Shown: in pieces, positions 62,612 to 64,000 of the stretch
How positions within the stretch are numbered: the stretch's first letter is position 1
How the letters are laid out: each line of letters starts with the position of its first letter
Assembly: GCF_006345805.1 (NCBI RefSeq)
Contig: NC_043010.1
Span: 11,966,001 to 12,030,000, forward strand
DNA length: 64,000 bases
Source of the DNA: Octopus sinensis
Taxonomy: Eukaryota
Direction of reading: 5' to 3'
Notes under the pieces: model-generated
Database searches by the model: none
What the model was told of the DNA's origin: nothing
The model's input: only the letters and a program-made list of their open reading frames with translations
Made by a program: the position numbers and the translations under genes

Positions 62612-64000
62612 CACACACAAACACACACATACACACATATATATATATATATATAATACATATACACACACATACACACACACACACACTCACACACAGA
62701 TAGACACCTTTATGTGCATATTATATATACATACATAATATATGTCTATGTGAGTGTTTATAATCATATGAATATTTGTATTATAATATGTGTACAGTCA
62801 TACATAATATACCAAATTTATCTTTGAAACAGAGAGAAACGTAAACGAAAGTAGCTGACAAGATCTGTTTTTCTAAGCAAAAACCACCAAACACACCTAC
62901 ACATACACACACACATGTATTGACACTAGCATGTACACACAATATGAACACACATGCACCCACATATTTCCACTGTGTTGCAGTAAACTCCATCACTCAT
63001 TAATACAACAGCTGCAGTTTCAGCTTGCCTGAGCAATTGTTTCAAAAACATGAACGAAAAATTTCAATACTTTGAAATCTTTTTTTATTATCATATCTTG
63101 GATTTATAACAAGCACCGTGTTTTGGACGTGGTTTGGGAATTTTTGGGTTATTTAGAACAATAAGTTCTCAATGAATGAAGTGTCTTCATAAAATCATCC
63201 AACACCCTTGGGAAAGGCATGAATTCTATAAGATCATGTTTTCTAGATTTTTGTAAGTTCAATATTTTACTACATTTTAAATGTTTGCCTTTTTTTTTTT
63301 TTACATCTAGGGTAGGCAGGGTGTTTTTATGAATTTTTCCAGTTTTTTTCTTTTTTAATAGAATTTTCATTGCTTTTCTTGTATATTTACATTCGTTAGA
63401 ATGGATGCCTTTTGTAAATTTTGGATAAATTGCTTTCACAGATGGGTGCCTTTCTTATTATTAGTCATTCAGCTATGAAGAGTAAACAGAATTTTTTCGT
63501 ATTTTTATTAGGTCTTTTTTTTTCCTTAACGAAGCTGAACCAAGCAAAATTATTTAATGTTATTTACCATAACTAGGAACACAATACATTAATGAAAGAG
63601 CCCACAAAGGAAATTCCTCTTGGTCAATCAAACCATGAGAAATAGTTGGCAGATCCTCAAAAACACACTACCATATTGAAAGATAGACCCAACTGATAGT
63701 GTAGCCTTAGATATGCAAATCCAAGAACAATGTTAGGATGGTCACAACTGGAATACATGGTCTGCTCGATTATAGTTAAACTGGAGAAAACAACATCAAT
63801 AGCAACATGTTAGCTATGGTGATGCTCAAATGCTTGATCATGAGTAAGCTTGGTAGTCTAGCATCCAAATAATTACTTCAACTAAATGATTTTTTAGCAG
63901 AAGGAACTAAATCACTGAGAGCTGTCTAAAATGAGGTTAAGACAAATTATAGTGACATTTAGCCCCCCCCCCCCAAGAATATATGAGGGGGTACAGAAAC

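Noticed and set aside
63149-63439. 96-aa Lys-rich minus-strand ORF in apparently unique DNA
   Set aside because: Non-ATG start, lysines come from A-runs, no recognisable domain or convincing splice sites.

Overview
A very repeat-rich, AT-rich animal genomic window. The SINE families and microsatellite load suggest a cephalopod, most likely Octopus (inference). I recognise no host-gene exon, and nearly all long ORFs in the track are microsatellite artefacts. The real coding content is retroelements: (i) a near full-length Tx1/L1-clade LINE (minus, ~6111-12002) plus shorter relatives, all in one orientation inside a (GATA)n array; (ii) two R4/Dong-like restriction-like-endonuclease LINE 3' ends in (TAA)n; (iii) a Penelope-like (Naiad-like) RT/GIY-YIG element in head-to-head arrangement (45400-50490); (iv) CR1/L2 fragments. 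There are also several tRNA-derived SINE families, RTE-derived short elements, piggyBac-like, mariner-like and foldback MITEs, Helitrons and compound minisatellites. The sequence right of the 100-N gap repeats the Tx1 locus without two of the insertions, probably a second haplotype. Most notable: about 11 hammerhead-ribozyme-like motifs from several unrelated repeat families, including a tRNA-headed hammerhead-carrying short element inserted head-to-head like a Penelope element (39165-40055); the GATA-targeting Tx1 LINE; and a SINE sharing that LINE's 3' tail. All coordinates were read by eye, so repeat boundaries are approximate.
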